From positions 28,366 through 92,365 of the forward strand of contig CABXVU010000001.1 in NCBI GenBank assembly GCA_902515775.1: a stretch of DNA of 64,000 nucleotides, written 5' to 3'. The translations under genes and the position numbers were made by a program. Positions 18,171-27,359 of the stretch are shown here, piece by piece (position 1 is the stretch's first letter; the number at the start of each line of letters is the position of its first letter). The stretch comes from an uncultured SAR86 cluster bacterium (GTDB taxonomy: Bacteria; Pseudomonadota; Gammaproteobacteria; Magnimaribacterales; D2472). The notes below the pieces were generated by a model. It saw only the letters and a list, made by a program, of their open reading frames with translations, was not told where the DNA came from and did not search any database.

Positions 18171-19589
18171 ATGAAAGATAAATTAAATTTTTATATAGAT
18201 GGCTCGTGGGTTAAGTCAGAATCAAAAGAAAAAATTGCAGTGATTAATCCTGCAAATGAAGGGCTGATAGGTCATATTTCATCCGGAACAAAAGATGATA
18301 TTAATAAAGCAGTGTTAGCAGCATCAAATGCCTTTAAGACTTATCAATTAACTTCAAAGGAAGATCGTATTGAGCTTTTAAATAATATTATTTCTGAATA
18401 TGAAAATAGATATGATGATCTTGTGCAAACCATTACAGAAGAGATGGGTGCTCCGGTTTGGCTTTCTCAAAAAGCTCAAGCATCCACAGGAATCAAAAAT
18501 TTACATGAGACTTTAGATGCTTTAAGAGATTATGAATTTGAAAAGAAAGAGGGAGATTATATATTAGTAAGAGAACCTATTGGAGTAGTAGGAATGATTA
18601 CCCCGTGGAATTGGCCCATGAATCAAATTACGACCAAGGCCTCTGCTGCTCTTGCAGCAGGTTGTTCAATGGTATTAAAACCGAGTGAGATTTCTCCATA
18701 TTGCGCATTACTGCTGGCAGAAATATTTCATAAAGCAGGCGTTCCTGCCGGTGTATTCAATGTAGTAAATGGCTATGGTCCGATAGTCGGTGCTGCCTTA
18801 TCAGATCATCCTGATGTTGCGATGATGTCTTTTACAGGATCGACTGAGGCTGGTATAGCTGTCGCACAAGCCTCTGCAGTATCTGTTAAAAGAGTACATC
18901 AAGAGCTTGGCGGTAAATCTTCAAATATCATTTTAGATGATGTTGCAGATCTAGAAAAATCTGTAAAAGGAGGTGCTGGGCATTGTTTTTTGAATTCAGG
19001 ACAATCATGCAATGCGCCAACAAAAATGCTTGTTTCTAAAAAAAATTACGATAAAGCAGTTGAGGTTGCAGTCCAGACCGCAAATAGTACTACTGTTGGA
19101 GATCCTCAAGGAGAATTTAGGATTGGACCTATTGCTAATAAACCTCAATATGAAAAGATCTTAAAAATGATAGAAATTGGGATTAATGAGGGCGCAACTT
19201 TAGTTGCCGGAGGTATTGAAAAGCCAGAGGGATATGACAAAGGTTATTATGTTAAACCAACAGTGTTTGCAAACGTAACTAATGAAATGACTATTGCTAG
19301 AGAAGAAATTTTTGGTCCTGTCTTATCAATTATTAAATATGATTCAGAGGAAGAAGCAATTGAGATTGCAAATGATACTGAATATGGTTTGGCTGGATAT
19401 GTTCAGGGTGAGCCAGAACATGCTAACAAAGTTGCAAGAAAAATTAGAGCTGGACAAGTTATTATTAATGGGGGCGCACGAGGTACTGGCGCACCTTTTG
19501 GTGGTTATAAATCCTCCGGCAACGGAAGAGAGCACGGCACTCATGGTTTAGAAGAATGCTTAGAAACTAAAGCCGTTATAATGCCTTAA
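18171..19589 (+). CDS. NAD(P)-dependent aldehyde dehydrogenase
   Basis: ITPWNWP, the catalytic Glu context ELGGKS, the catalytic Cys context NSGQSCNAPT, and EEIFGPV. Confidence 0.9.
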   Translation: MKDKLNFYIDGSWVKSESKEKIAVINPANEGLIGHISSGTKDDINKAVLAASNAFKTYQLTSKEDRIELLNNIISEYENRYDDLVQTITEEMGAPVWLSQKAQASTGIKNLHETLDALRDYEFEKKEGDYILVREPIGVVGMITPWNWPMNQITTKASAALAAGCSMVLKPSEISPYCALLLAEIFHKAGVPAGVFNVVNGYGPIVGAALSDHPDVAMMSFTGSTEAGIAVAQASAVSVKRVHQELGGKSSNIILDDVADLEKSVKGGAGHCFLNSGQSCNAPTKMLVSKKNYDKAVEVAVQTANSTTVGDPQGEFRIGPIANKPQYEKILKMIEIGINEGATLVAGGIEKPEGYDKGYYVKPTVFANVTNEMTIAREEIFGPVLSIIKYDSEEEAIEIANDTEYGLAGYVQGEPEHANKVARKIRAGQVIINGGARGTGAPFGGYKSSGNGREHGTHGLEECLETKAVIMP

Positions 19590-19644
19590 AATACATGCAA
19601 AAAATAATAAAAAATATGCAAATACAAATTTTAAAATTAATCAT

Positions 19645-20115
19645 ATGAAAATCTCCCTTTTAACACTTACATTTTTACTGACAATATCTGTATTTTCTTC
19701 TGAGTCTGAAATGCCAAACACTAATGCTCAAACTATGCTGTTGGTTCACAAGACTCCAACTTGTGGTTGTTGTAACAAATGGATTAAACATTTAGAGATG
19801 AGCGGCTTGAACACAACAACTAAAAATCATGAAAATCTTGAGGAAATAAAAGCAACTTATAATATTAAGCCTGAATATAGATCATGTCATACAGGTGTTT
19901 CAGAGGACGGTTATATTTTTGAAGGTCATATACCAAGCCAATACATTGATCAATTTCTCTCAGAGGATCATCCCAATGCTATCGGTCTATCAGTCCCAGG
20001 AATGCCTGTAGGCTCTCCTGGTATGGAAATTGGCAATCGTTTTATGCCTTATGATGTTTTGATTCTTTATAAAGATGGGACCAGTCGGGTGTTTGCAGAA
20101 GTAAGAAAAAATTAA
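19645..20115 (+). CDS. DUF411 / CopG-like periplasmic metal-binding protein
   Basis: Signal peptide, CGCC motif (TPTCGCCNKW), SCHT, GHIP and MPxGSPGME, all typical of DUF411. Confidence 0.75.
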   Translation: MKISLLTLTFLLTISVFSSESEMPNTNAQTMLLVHKTPTCGCCNKWIKHLEMSGLNTTTKNHENLEEIKATYNIKPEYRSCHTGVSEDGYIFEGHIPSQYIDQFLSEDHPNAIGLSVPGMPVGSPGMEIGNRFMPYDVLILYKDGTSRVFAEVRKN

Positions 20116-21416
20116 TTATTTTCTAGATAATCTTTGAACGCTTGCTTATCAGCTTTGGTATCTTTTCGTAAAGCGTTAAATAACTTTTGATTGTTATCTG
20201 GCATCAAATCTTCTGCCATTCTTTTAATTTGCTGGTAACACCATGCCATGGCACCAAACGCATTAATAACTTGAATTAATTTAATGGGGCTTTTAGCAGA
20301 AAAAATCCAAGGCCCTAAGGATAAAGTTTTTTCAACACTTGGCAGCATCTCTAGCTCTCCATCCATCATTTTCTTTATGCAGTAAGGATCTGCACATAAG
20401 GGTCTGCCCACTCCTACAATTTGACAAATATTACTTTGTAAAGCATTTTCTATGCCATCTTTTGTTCTAAAACCACCTGTTACCATCAAAGGCATCGTTA
20501 CAGCTTTTCTAATGTTGTCAGCATACTCAAGAAAATATGCTTCTCTTGCAATAGTGCTTTCTCTTCTTGTTTCGCTTCTGTCTGGATTGATACTAATGTG
20601 ATCTGCGCCTATTAGTTTTGGCTGCTCATAGGTTCCACCTGAAATTTCTAAAAGATCTAATCCTGCTTCCTCTAACATTTTTGCAACCTCAATGCTTTCA
20701 TTTTCATTGAATCCACCTTTTTGAAAATCTGCTGAATTTAACTTCATTGAGATAGGAAAATCTTCTCCAACCTCTGCCCTGCATTTTTTAATAATTTCTA
20801 AATGCATTCTTGCTCTATTTTCTAAGCTACCGCCCCATGCATCATTTCGTGTATTAATATCTGGTGAAAGAAATTCAGATAACAAGTATCCATGAGCTGA
20901 ATGAAATTGAACTCCAGTAAACCCAGTCTCCCTAGCAATCTTTGCTGTGAAAACAAACTTATCAATAACACTTAGTATCTCTTCCTCGCTCATAGGAATT
21001 GGCAAGCCATAACTGCGACCAGGAATTTTTAATTGGACGTCTGATGGTGCTGATGGAGATGCATTTATTTCTCCAGGAGTTTGTCTTCCTGCGTGAGATA
21101 TTTGCATCCATAATTGAGTATTGTCCTCTGTTCCTACAGAGGACCAGTTTTTTAGTTCGTCTATATGATCTTTATAATTTTGGCTATCAATCACAACATT
21201 CGCTGGACCTTCCATGTTTTTGCGATCAACCATTACGTTGCCTGTCAACAAAATACCAATATTGCCCTCAGCCCATTTGCGATAGAGATTAATATGGCCT
21301 TGATGAGCTAAATTATTTCCTTTTGCAATTCGTTCTGTCATTGCAGCTTTGCAAACTCGATTTTTAATCACTTGGCCACACGGTAAGGTAAACGAACTGT
21401 TCATAATTAATGACAT
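20112..21416 (-). CDS. NADH:flavin oxidoreductase (Old Yellow Enzyme / 2,4-dienoyl-CoA reductase FMN-domain family)
   Basis: KNRVCKAAMTE, HSAHGYLLSEFLSP..N.R.D.WGGSLENR and GVGRPL motifs. Confidence 0.85.
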   Translation of the reverse strand: MSLIMNSSFTLPCGQVIKNRVCKAAMTERIAKGNNLAHQGHINLYRKWAEGNIGILLTGNVMVDRKNMEGPANVVIDSQNYKDHIDELKNWSSVGTEDNTQLWMQISHAGRQTPGEINASPSAPSDVQLKIPGRSYGLPIPMSEEEILSVIDKFVFTAKIARETGFTGVQFHSAHGYLLSEFLSPDINTRNDAWGGSLENRARMHLEIIKKCRAEVGEDFPISMKLNSADFQKGGFNENESIEVAKMLEEAGLDLLEISGGTYEQPKLIGADHISINPDRSETRRESTIAREAYFLEYADNIRKAVTMPLMVTGGFRTKDGIENALQSNICQIVGVGRPLCADPYCIKKMMDGELEMLPSVEKTLSLGPWIFSAKSPIKLIQVINAFGAMAWCYQQIKRMAEDLMPDNNQKLFNALRKDTKADKQAFKDYLENN

Positions 21417-21508
21417 TTTTTTATTCCTCCCTGGAACATCTAAAGATTCTTTAGATTAGTTTAATTCATGTATAGAATATTTATAGGTGATAATTAAGGA
21501 ATTTTTTT

Positions 21509-22000
21509 CTAAGATGTGCTGCTAATCTTGCTAATGCCGCTTAATATTTTTTTCTTTTTAAATTTACTAAACACTTCAAAAAGTAAAAAGAACCAGAAGC
21601 CATTTATTATAGGTTCAACGAATGCGTCAATAACTGCAAGATTTAATGGAGCTCCTGTGAGCAACCTATTGCATATCATTGCGATAAAAATGTGCCCGAT
21701 TGTATATAAAAATGCTAACAGAATACCAATTTGGCTTGCAGTAATTAATACAGATTGTCTTTGTTCTATTTTAATAACTAACAATTTTTTTATGAACACC
21801 AAAAGTAAGTAGAACCAGAAACCATTAATGATTGGCTCAATAAATGCATCTGCCGCTGCCATATCTAAAGATGCACCAGTAATGATTCTATTACACATCA
21901 TGGCGACAAAAATATGACCAATGGTGTAGATTACAGATAGATAAAAATTTTCATATCTGAAAATTTTTACATCATCATATTTTAAATATTGTTTCATCAT
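21509..22000 (-). CDS. 4-TM membrane protein built from two tandem ~74-aa modules (possibly DUF2061-like)
   Basis: 163 aa. Residues 21-68 and 95-142 align without gaps (YTIGHIF.AM.CNR..TGA.L..A..DAF.EPIINGFWF.LL). Confidence 0.6.
   Translation of the reverse strand: MMKQYLKYDDVKIFRYENFYLSVIYTIGHIFVAMMCNRIITGASLDMAAADAFIEPIINGFWFYLLLVFIKKLLVIKIEQRQSVLITASQIGILLAFLYTIGHIFIAMICNRLLTGAPLNLAVIDAFVEPIINGFWFFLLFEVFSKFKKKKILSGISKISSTS
21560..21946 (-). repeat. intragenic tandem duplication, period 222 nt (74 codons)
   Basis: The protein modules are 32/48 identical by my hand count. DNA similarity is also visible, for example aaaagtaaaaagaaccagaagcc at ~21579 versus aaaagtaagtagaaccagaaacc at ~21801. 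Confidence 0.8.
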
Positions 22001-22016
22001 TTATTTTTTTAATAGA

Positions 22017-22055
22017 GTAGCATAAGCTACGGATTATAAATGTAGCAATGGCTAC
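22017..22055. promoter_or_regulatory. two near-identical palindromic boxes GTAGC-N4-GCTAC(GG), candidate operator sites for the adjacent MntR-type regulator
   Basis: GTAGCATAAGCTACGG at 22017-22032 and GTAGCAATGGCTACGG at 22042-22057 are 13/16 identical with 25-nt spacing. They lie between the divergent genes. A TATAAT hexamer at 22071-22076 sits downstream of box 2. Confidence 0.45.
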
Positions 22056-22111
22056 GGCCTATGTCAAGGGTATAATTTAAAAAGTTCAAAAATTGTGGGA
22101 GGAATTGAAAA

Positions 22112-22522
22112 ATGGTAAGTGAGCGTTCAGTAGCCTTCTCACAAACTCGTTCCCGACACGCAAATGAAACTGCAGAGGATTATGTTGAAGCCGTAATGGA
22201 GTTGATTGAGGAATTTGGTGAATGTAGAGTTTTAGATTTAGCCAGATATTTTAATGTCAGTCATGTTACTGTATCTCGAATAGTCAAGAGACTGCATGAT
22301 GAGAAACTTTTACGATCTCGACCCTACAGACCAGTTGAACTCACTCCAGAGGGGACTAAACTAGCAAAAAGAGTAAAGGAGAGGCACAAAATTGTTTTAG
22401 ACTTTTTAATAAAACTTGGTGTGGATGAGGCAAATGCCAAAATTGATAGTGAGGGAATTGAGCATCATGTTAGTTCAACAACAATCGATGCAATGAAGAT
22501 ATTTTTAGGTAATAAAAGTTAA
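22112..22522 (+). CDS. DtxR/MntR-family metal-dependent transcriptional regulator (short, MntR-type, no SH3-like domain)
   Basis: 136 aa. TAEDYVEAVMELIEE, winged-helix VSHVTVSRIVKRL, and ELTPEGTKLAKRVKERHKIVLDFL. SD GGGAGGA lies upstream. Confidence 0.8.
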   Translation: MVSERSVAFSQTRSRHANETAEDYVEAVMELIEEFGECRVLDLARYFNVSHVTVSRIVKRLHDEKLLRSRPYRPVELTPEGTKLAKRVKERHKIVLDFLIKLGVDEANAKIDSEGIEHHVSSTTIDAMKIFLGNKS

Positions 22523-22649
22523 GTGCCAACTTTAAATAAGACATCTTAAAATTTTTCTGATCACCAGTATATTTCATTAGTTTAATGCCTTGCTTTACTG
22601 CAAAAGTGAGAGTATTTAGAAAATATGCTCGTCAAAAAAGTAATTAAAA

Positions 22650-22726
22650 TGGTGGGCCCGGGAGGACTCGAACCTCCGACCAATGGATTATGAGTCCACT
22701 GCTCTAACCAACTGAGCTACAGGCCC
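22650..22726 (-). tRNA. elongator-type tRNA with CAU anticodon (tRNA-Met, or tRNA-Ile2 if C34 is lysidinylated), CCA encoded
   Basis: The 77-nt cloverleaf folded by hand has these arms: acceptor GGGCCUG/CGGGCCC, D arm GCUC-AGUUGGUUA-GAGC, anticodon arm GUGGA-CUCAUAA-UCCAU, T arm GGAGG-UUCGAGU-CCUCC, and discriminator A plus CCA. Confidence 0.92.
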
Positions 22727-22731
22727 GAAAA

Positions 22732-24537
22732 TTATTCGTCTAAGAAATTTTTCAGGTGACTTGACCTTGAAGGATGCCTTAACTTTCTCAAGGCCTTGGC
22801 TTCTATTTGACGAATTCTTTCTCTGGTTACATCAAACTGTTTACCAACCTCTTCTAGTGTATGGTCTGTATTCATGCCAATACCAAACCTCATTCTTAAT
22901 ACCTTAGCCTCTCTTGCAGTCAATGAGGAAAGCACATCATCTGTCGCGAAGTGAAGGCTGCCCTCAGTAGCATTTTTTAGCGGTGAATGAATAACAGTAT
23001 CTTCAATAAAATCTCCTAAATTTGAATCTTCATCATCACCAATTGGTGTCTCCATAGAAATTGGTTCTTTAGCAATTTTGAGAACTTTCCTTACCTTATC
23101 CTCAGGCATATCAAGCTCTTTGCTCAATTCTTCTGGCGTTGGCTCTCTGCCCATGTCTTGCATCATTTGACGAGAAACTCTGTTGAGTTTATTTATAGTC
23201 TCAATCATATGCACTGGAATTCTTATTGTTCTTGCTTGATCAGCAATGGACCTTGTTATTGCCTGTCTAATCCACCAGGTTGCATAAGTAGAAAATTTAT
23301 AGCCCCTTCTATATTCAAACTTATCTACAGCTTTCATAAGCCCTATGTTGCCTTCCTGAATTAAATCTAAAAACTGTAAACCTCTATTTGTATATTTTTT
23401 AGCTATTGAAATAACAAGTCTGAGGTTGGCTTCAACCATATCTTTTTTTGCACGTCTCATTTTTGTTTCGCCCATAGACATGGCACGATTAATATCTTTA
23501 ATATCTTTTACATTAAGCCCGACTCTCTCTTCAATTGCTTTTATGGCTTTTTGAGCAATAACGACATCTGGCTTAATGTGCTCCAAAGATTTTTTTGAAT
23601 ACTTTTTGTTACTCATCAAAGAATCAACCCACTTCAACTTGGTGATATTGTCTTTGTACATGGCAATAAAATCTTTTCTTGGAACCCTTGCTGATTTGAC
23701 AAATAAAAATTGAATTCTTTTTTCATGAAGGCGTATTTCAGCTAAATCGCTTCTAGCAAAAAACGCTAGGTCTTCAAACATTTTGGGTGAAAATTTAAGA
23801 AATTGAAAAATTAAACCTAATTTAGTGAATTCTGCTTTAGCTTCCTTAGAATTTCTCCCTTTGGATTCAACCACTTTATTTGTTTTATTGAACTGACGCT
23901 TGAGATTTGTCATACGTCTTTGAACTTCAGCTAAATCTGGTCCGTTATCAACCTCTTCATCGCTTTCTTCTAATTGTTTAGCTTTTTCACTTCCAGGTCC
24001 AGCAGAAGGAACTTCCTCCATCTCCTCAAGAAACCCTGTAAGCAGCTCACTTAGTTTTTTATCCTCACTTTTAACTTGCTCGTAAAAAGAAATAATATGC
24101 TCAACAATTCCTGGATACTGTACGCTTGCATCCAAAAGGTCACGCATACCTTCTTCAATTCGCTTTGCGATTTCAATTTCACCTTCTCTAGTTAGAAGAT
24201 CAACCGTACCCATTTCTCGCATGTACATTCTCACTGGATCAGTTGTTCTGCCAGTTTCATTTTCTACAGCAGCCAATGCTTCGGCAGCTTGCTCTAACGC
24301 AATATCATCTTGATCATCGGACGATTCAGATAACATTAGTGTATCTGCATCAGGGGCTGTCTCATGAACCTGAAGACCCAAGTCATTAATCATGCCAATT
24401 ATTTCATCAACTTGATCTGGATCGGAAATATCCTCTGGAAGATGATCATTTACATCTGCGTATGTTAAATAGCCTTGTTCTCGGCCCTTATCAATTAACT
24501 CCGCAATTCTTGAACCTTGTTTTTTTAACTTATCCAC
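22732..24537 (-). CDS. rpoD: RNA polymerase sigma-70 factor RpoD
   Basis: 601 aa. Region 2 [17 protein letters not shown], region 4 [30 protein letters not shown], and an acidic region 1. GTG start. Confidence 0.97.
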   Translation of the reverse strand: MDKLKKQGSRIAELIDKGREQGYLTYADVNDHLPEDISDPDQVDEIIGMINDLGLQVHETAPDADTLMLSESSDDQDDIALEQAAEALAAVENETGRTTDPVRMYMREMGTVDLLTREGEIEIAKRIEEGMRDLLDASVQYPGIVEHIISFYEQVKSEDKKLSELLTGFLEEMEEVPSAGPGSEKAKQLEESDEEVDNGPDLAEVQRRMTNLKRQFNKTNKVVESKGRNSKEAKAEFTKLGLIFQFLKFSPKMFEDLAFFARSDLAEIRLHEKRIQFLFVKSARVPRKDFIAMYKDNITKLKWVDSLMSNKKYSKKSLEHIKPDVVIAQKAIKAIEERVGLNVKDIKDINRAMSMGETKMRRAKKDMVEANLRLVISIAKKYTNRGLQFLDLIQEGNIGLMKAVDKFEYRRGYKFSTYATWWIRQAITRSIADQARTIRIPVHMIETINKLNRVSRQMMQDMGREPTPEELSKELDMPEDKVRKVLKIAKEPISMETPIGDDEDSNLGDFIEDTVIHSPLKNATEGSLHFATDDVLSSLTAREAKVLRMRFGIGMNTDHTLEEVGKQFDVTRERIRQIEAKALRKLRHPSRSSHLKNFLDE

Positions 24538-24589
24538 TGAGCCCCTTTTTTTAAGTTCTTATCAATATGTGATGCCAATTTTTATTTTT

Positions 24590-26347
24590 TCAATCTTGTT
24601 TTGAGCTTAATTTCTTTAATAAATCTTGGTCATTCTCAGTGATTTCATGCTTTTTTAAGATAATTTGTTGTAAATCTCTTCTTTCTATTGCTGAAATCGA
24701 TCCGACATTATACTTATCTTTGAGTATTTGCTCTCTATCTTTCTGATTTTTTATCAAAATTTTTACGCAATCACTTGCAAGCTTTAATGCATTTTTTTCT
24801 GATAATTCTAATCCAGCTACCACAGCTTCTGAAAAATATCCTTTAATTTGATCTGATTCAATATTTTCGATAACCCTTGATGGTTTTATATCAGGTGTTT
24901 GCTTATATAAATCTAAAATTAAAAATAAAAAGTTAAACTTAGGATCAACTTTTAATTCGTCGAACAATTTTTCTTTGGCAATTGATGGAAATGCTAAAAT
25001 AGAACTAAAAATGTTAATGACAGCTTTTACTCTGATAGGAGTATTTGAGCTTGCTTTAACTGCATTACTAGAATCTTGTCTTTTTGGAGGACTGAGGGGC
25101 GCATCCATGGTTTTAATATCCATGCCACACAAGTTTGAGACTTCATGTGCATATACCTCTTTGATTACTGAATTATTAATTTTATTAATGATAGGAATAG
25201 CAAATGCTGCTGCTTGTGCTCGACCCTCCAACGTTTCTAAATTAAATTCTTTTATTTTCGATAAAAAATACGATGAAAGTGAAATTGACTCATCTAGAAG
25301 TTTTTGGAAAGCTTTTAGGCCATATTCAGCGATGTATGAATCTGGGTCATAGCCTTGGTCAAAGAAAACAAAATGGATGTTGATGTCTTCTCGGATGATT
25401 GGAAAAGTGTTTTCAACTGCTTTCCAAGCGGCTTTTCCACCAGCTAAATCTCCATCGAATGCAAAAAATATCTTATTGGTATATCGCATGATTTTTGAAA
25501 TATGATTTGGTGTTACAGCTGTACCGAGGGTTGCTACTGCATTTTTAATGCCATGCTCATACAAACCTATCACATCCATGTAACCCTCTACAATAATTAA
25601 TGAGTCAATATTTTTTTCTGAATCTTTAACTTCGAACAAGCCAAACAACTCATTTGATTTATTAAAAAAAGAAGTTTCCGGAGAATTGAGATATTTAGGC
25701 TCTCCCTCATCAATAATTCTTCCACCCATTGCGATGAAATCACCTTTTATGTTTCTTATGGGAAAGATAATCCTGCCTCTAAATCGATCATAAAATCGAT
25801 CATCTTTTTGACTAAATAAACCTGAATTACTGAGCTCTTTAGGCGAGGCAGCCGACCCAAAATGATTTAAAAGTCCATCCCATTTATCTTGTGCATATCC
25901 TATATTAAATTTCTTGGCAGTAACTCCGGAAATCTTTCTATCTTTGAGATATTTAATAGCTTGAGGTGCAATCTTTTCATTTAAATTTCCTTTGTAGAAG
26001 TTCACAGCCTTTTCAACTAGACCACTTGGTTTTGATTTCTCGTGCTTATTTATTTCATAAGGAACTGTCATCCCAGCTGAACTGGCTAGAGTTTCGATTG
26101 CATCGACAAAATCTAAATTTTCATAGCGTCTAATAAAGTTGATAGCATTTCCAGATTCTTGACATACGAAACAATAAAAAAACTGTTTATCTTGATTAAC
26201 AGCCATGGAGGGATTTGAATCATCATGGAATGGACATTGACACCAAAAATTTGATCCCTTTTTATTGAGGGGTATGCGACGTCCTACAACATCGACAATA
26301 TCAGTTTGATCTAACAATTGATCAATAAAACTAGTCGGAATTGACAT
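24590..26347 (-). CDS. dnaG: DNA primase
   Basis: Zinc ribbon CPFHDDSNPSMAVN..FYCFVC. TOPRIM IIVEGYMDV ... FDGDLAGGKAA. Confidence 0.95.
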   Translation of the reverse strand: MSIPTSFIDQLLDQTDIVDVVGRRIPLNKKGSNFWCQCPFHDDSNPSMAVNQDKQFFYCFVCQESGNAINFIRRYENLDFVDAIETLASSAGMTVPYEINKHEKSKPSGLVEKAVNFYKGNLNEKIAPQAIKYLKDRKISGVTAKKFNIGYAQDKWDGLLNHFGSAASPKELSNSGLFSQKDDRFYDRFRGRIIFPIRNIKGDFIAMGGRIIDEGEPKYLNSPETSFFNKSNELFGLFEVKDSEKNIDSLIIVEGYMDVIGLYEHGIKNAVATLGTAVTPNHISKIMRYTNKIFFAFDGDLAGGKAAWKAVENTFPIIREDINIHFVFFDQGYDPDSYIAEYGLKAFQKLLDESISLSSYFLSKIKEFNLETLEGRAQAAAFAIPIINKINNSVIKEVYAHEVSNLCGMDIKTMDAPLSPPKRQDSSNAVKASSNTPIRVKAVINIFSSILAFPSIAKEKLFDELKVDPKFNFLFLILDLYKQTPDIKPSRVIENIESDQIKGYFSEAVVAGLELSEKNALKLASDCVKILIKNQKDREQILKDKYNVGSISAIERRDLQQIILKKHEITENDQDLLKKLSSKQD

Positions 26348-26738
26348 GATGCTCTATCCAGTTATCTAAAAATATTTTGGCAGCTAAATGATCTATTCGA
26401 TGAGATTTAGAATCAATTTTTGCCAACTCTTTTGCCTCAAATGAGGTTAATCTCTCATCAACCAATTCACAAGGAATATTAGTAATCTTTTTAATTTTAT
26501 TAAAGAATGGATCAATTTTCTTCATCATATCACTGGGGCTTCCGTCCATGTTCAAAGGTTTACCAATCAATATTTGATCAGGTTTCCACTCTTCGATGAG
26601 ATTAGAAATTGAGTCCCATATTTCTTTTTCCTCACGATCGACTTTCAGTACAACTAATGGAGAGGATGTGTTGGTTACTGTTTGTCCAACGGCAACACCG
26701 ATGTATTGGGTACCAAAATCAAAAGCTAGTATTTGCAT
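26331..26738 (-). CDS. ruvX: Holliday junction resolvase-like protein RuvX/YqgF
   Basis: MQILAFDFGTQYIGVAVG N-terminus and DERLTSFEA. I chose the ATG at 26738, which abuts the upstream stop (26741-26743). The track start at 26762 is a TTG that would overlap that gene. Confidence 0.85.
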   Translation of the reverse strand: MQILAFDFGTQYIGVAVGQTVTNTSSPLVVLKVDREEKEIWDSISNLIEEWKPDQILIGKPLNMDGSPSDMMKKIDPFFNKIKKITNIPCELVDERLTSFEAKELAKIDSKSHRIDHLAAKIFLDNWIEHHVNSD

Positions 26739-26740
26739 TA

Positions 26741-27358
26741 CTAAGAATTTGTAAAATTCCAATCTCGAATAATCTCAAGCTGCTGATAGTTAACTGCCAT
26801 GTCTTGAGGAAATGGTTCAAATGGTGCTGATTGTTGCAAAATTTTCAAAGCTAAAGCATCTATTGATGAATTACCGGATGATTTTAAAATATCAACGCCA
26901 ATTAAATTTCCCACGGTGTCGATAATTGATCTGATTTGTACTTTAAAATTGCCTTGGATTATGTCTTTTCGAGAAATTTCATAATGCCCTGCTGTTTCAA
27001 CCTTTCTTTGCCATGCATTTAAATAAATTGTTTCATAACTCTCTAAAGTTGAGTTAGATTCTAAGCGCCTAACACTGAACTGAGATTGATCTTGAGAGAT
27101 AGAATCTTTTAAGACCATTGCAACTTGTTGATTATTTTTTTGTAGTGAATCAAGACCATTATTAGAACTGCCTTGCATGTCAAATTCCTCATTAGCAAAT
27201 CTGATGTTGACAATAACTTCCTCATTGAATTCCCAAGGTTGCTGCATTACAACAAAACTAATGCCAAAAATAACTACTCCATGAAATATTAAAGAAACAA
27301 ACATTGATTGTTTAAATCCCCATCTTTGTATTCTTTCTTTATAAATTAACGGTTGCAT
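26741..27358 (-). CDS. TonB-family protein (N-terminal TM anchor, C-terminal TonB-like domain)
   Basis: TM segment MFVSLIFHGVVIFGISFVVM. The C-terminal ...GNLIGVDILKSSGNSSIDALALKILQQSAPFEPFP resembles the TonB C-terminal fold. Its position between gshB and ruvX matches Pseudomonas tonB3, from memory. Confidence 0.6.
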   Translation of the reverse strand: MQPLIYKERIQRWGFKQSMFVSLIFHGVVIFGISFVVMQQPWEFNEEVIVNIRFANEEFDMQGSSNNGLDSLQKNNQQVAMVLKDSISQDQSQFSVRRLESNSTLESYETIYLNAWQRKVETAGHYEISRKDIIQGNFKVQIRSIIDTVGNLIGVDILKSSGNSSIDALALKILQQSAPFEPFPQDMAVNYQQLEIIRDWNFTNS

Positions 27359-27359
27359 T

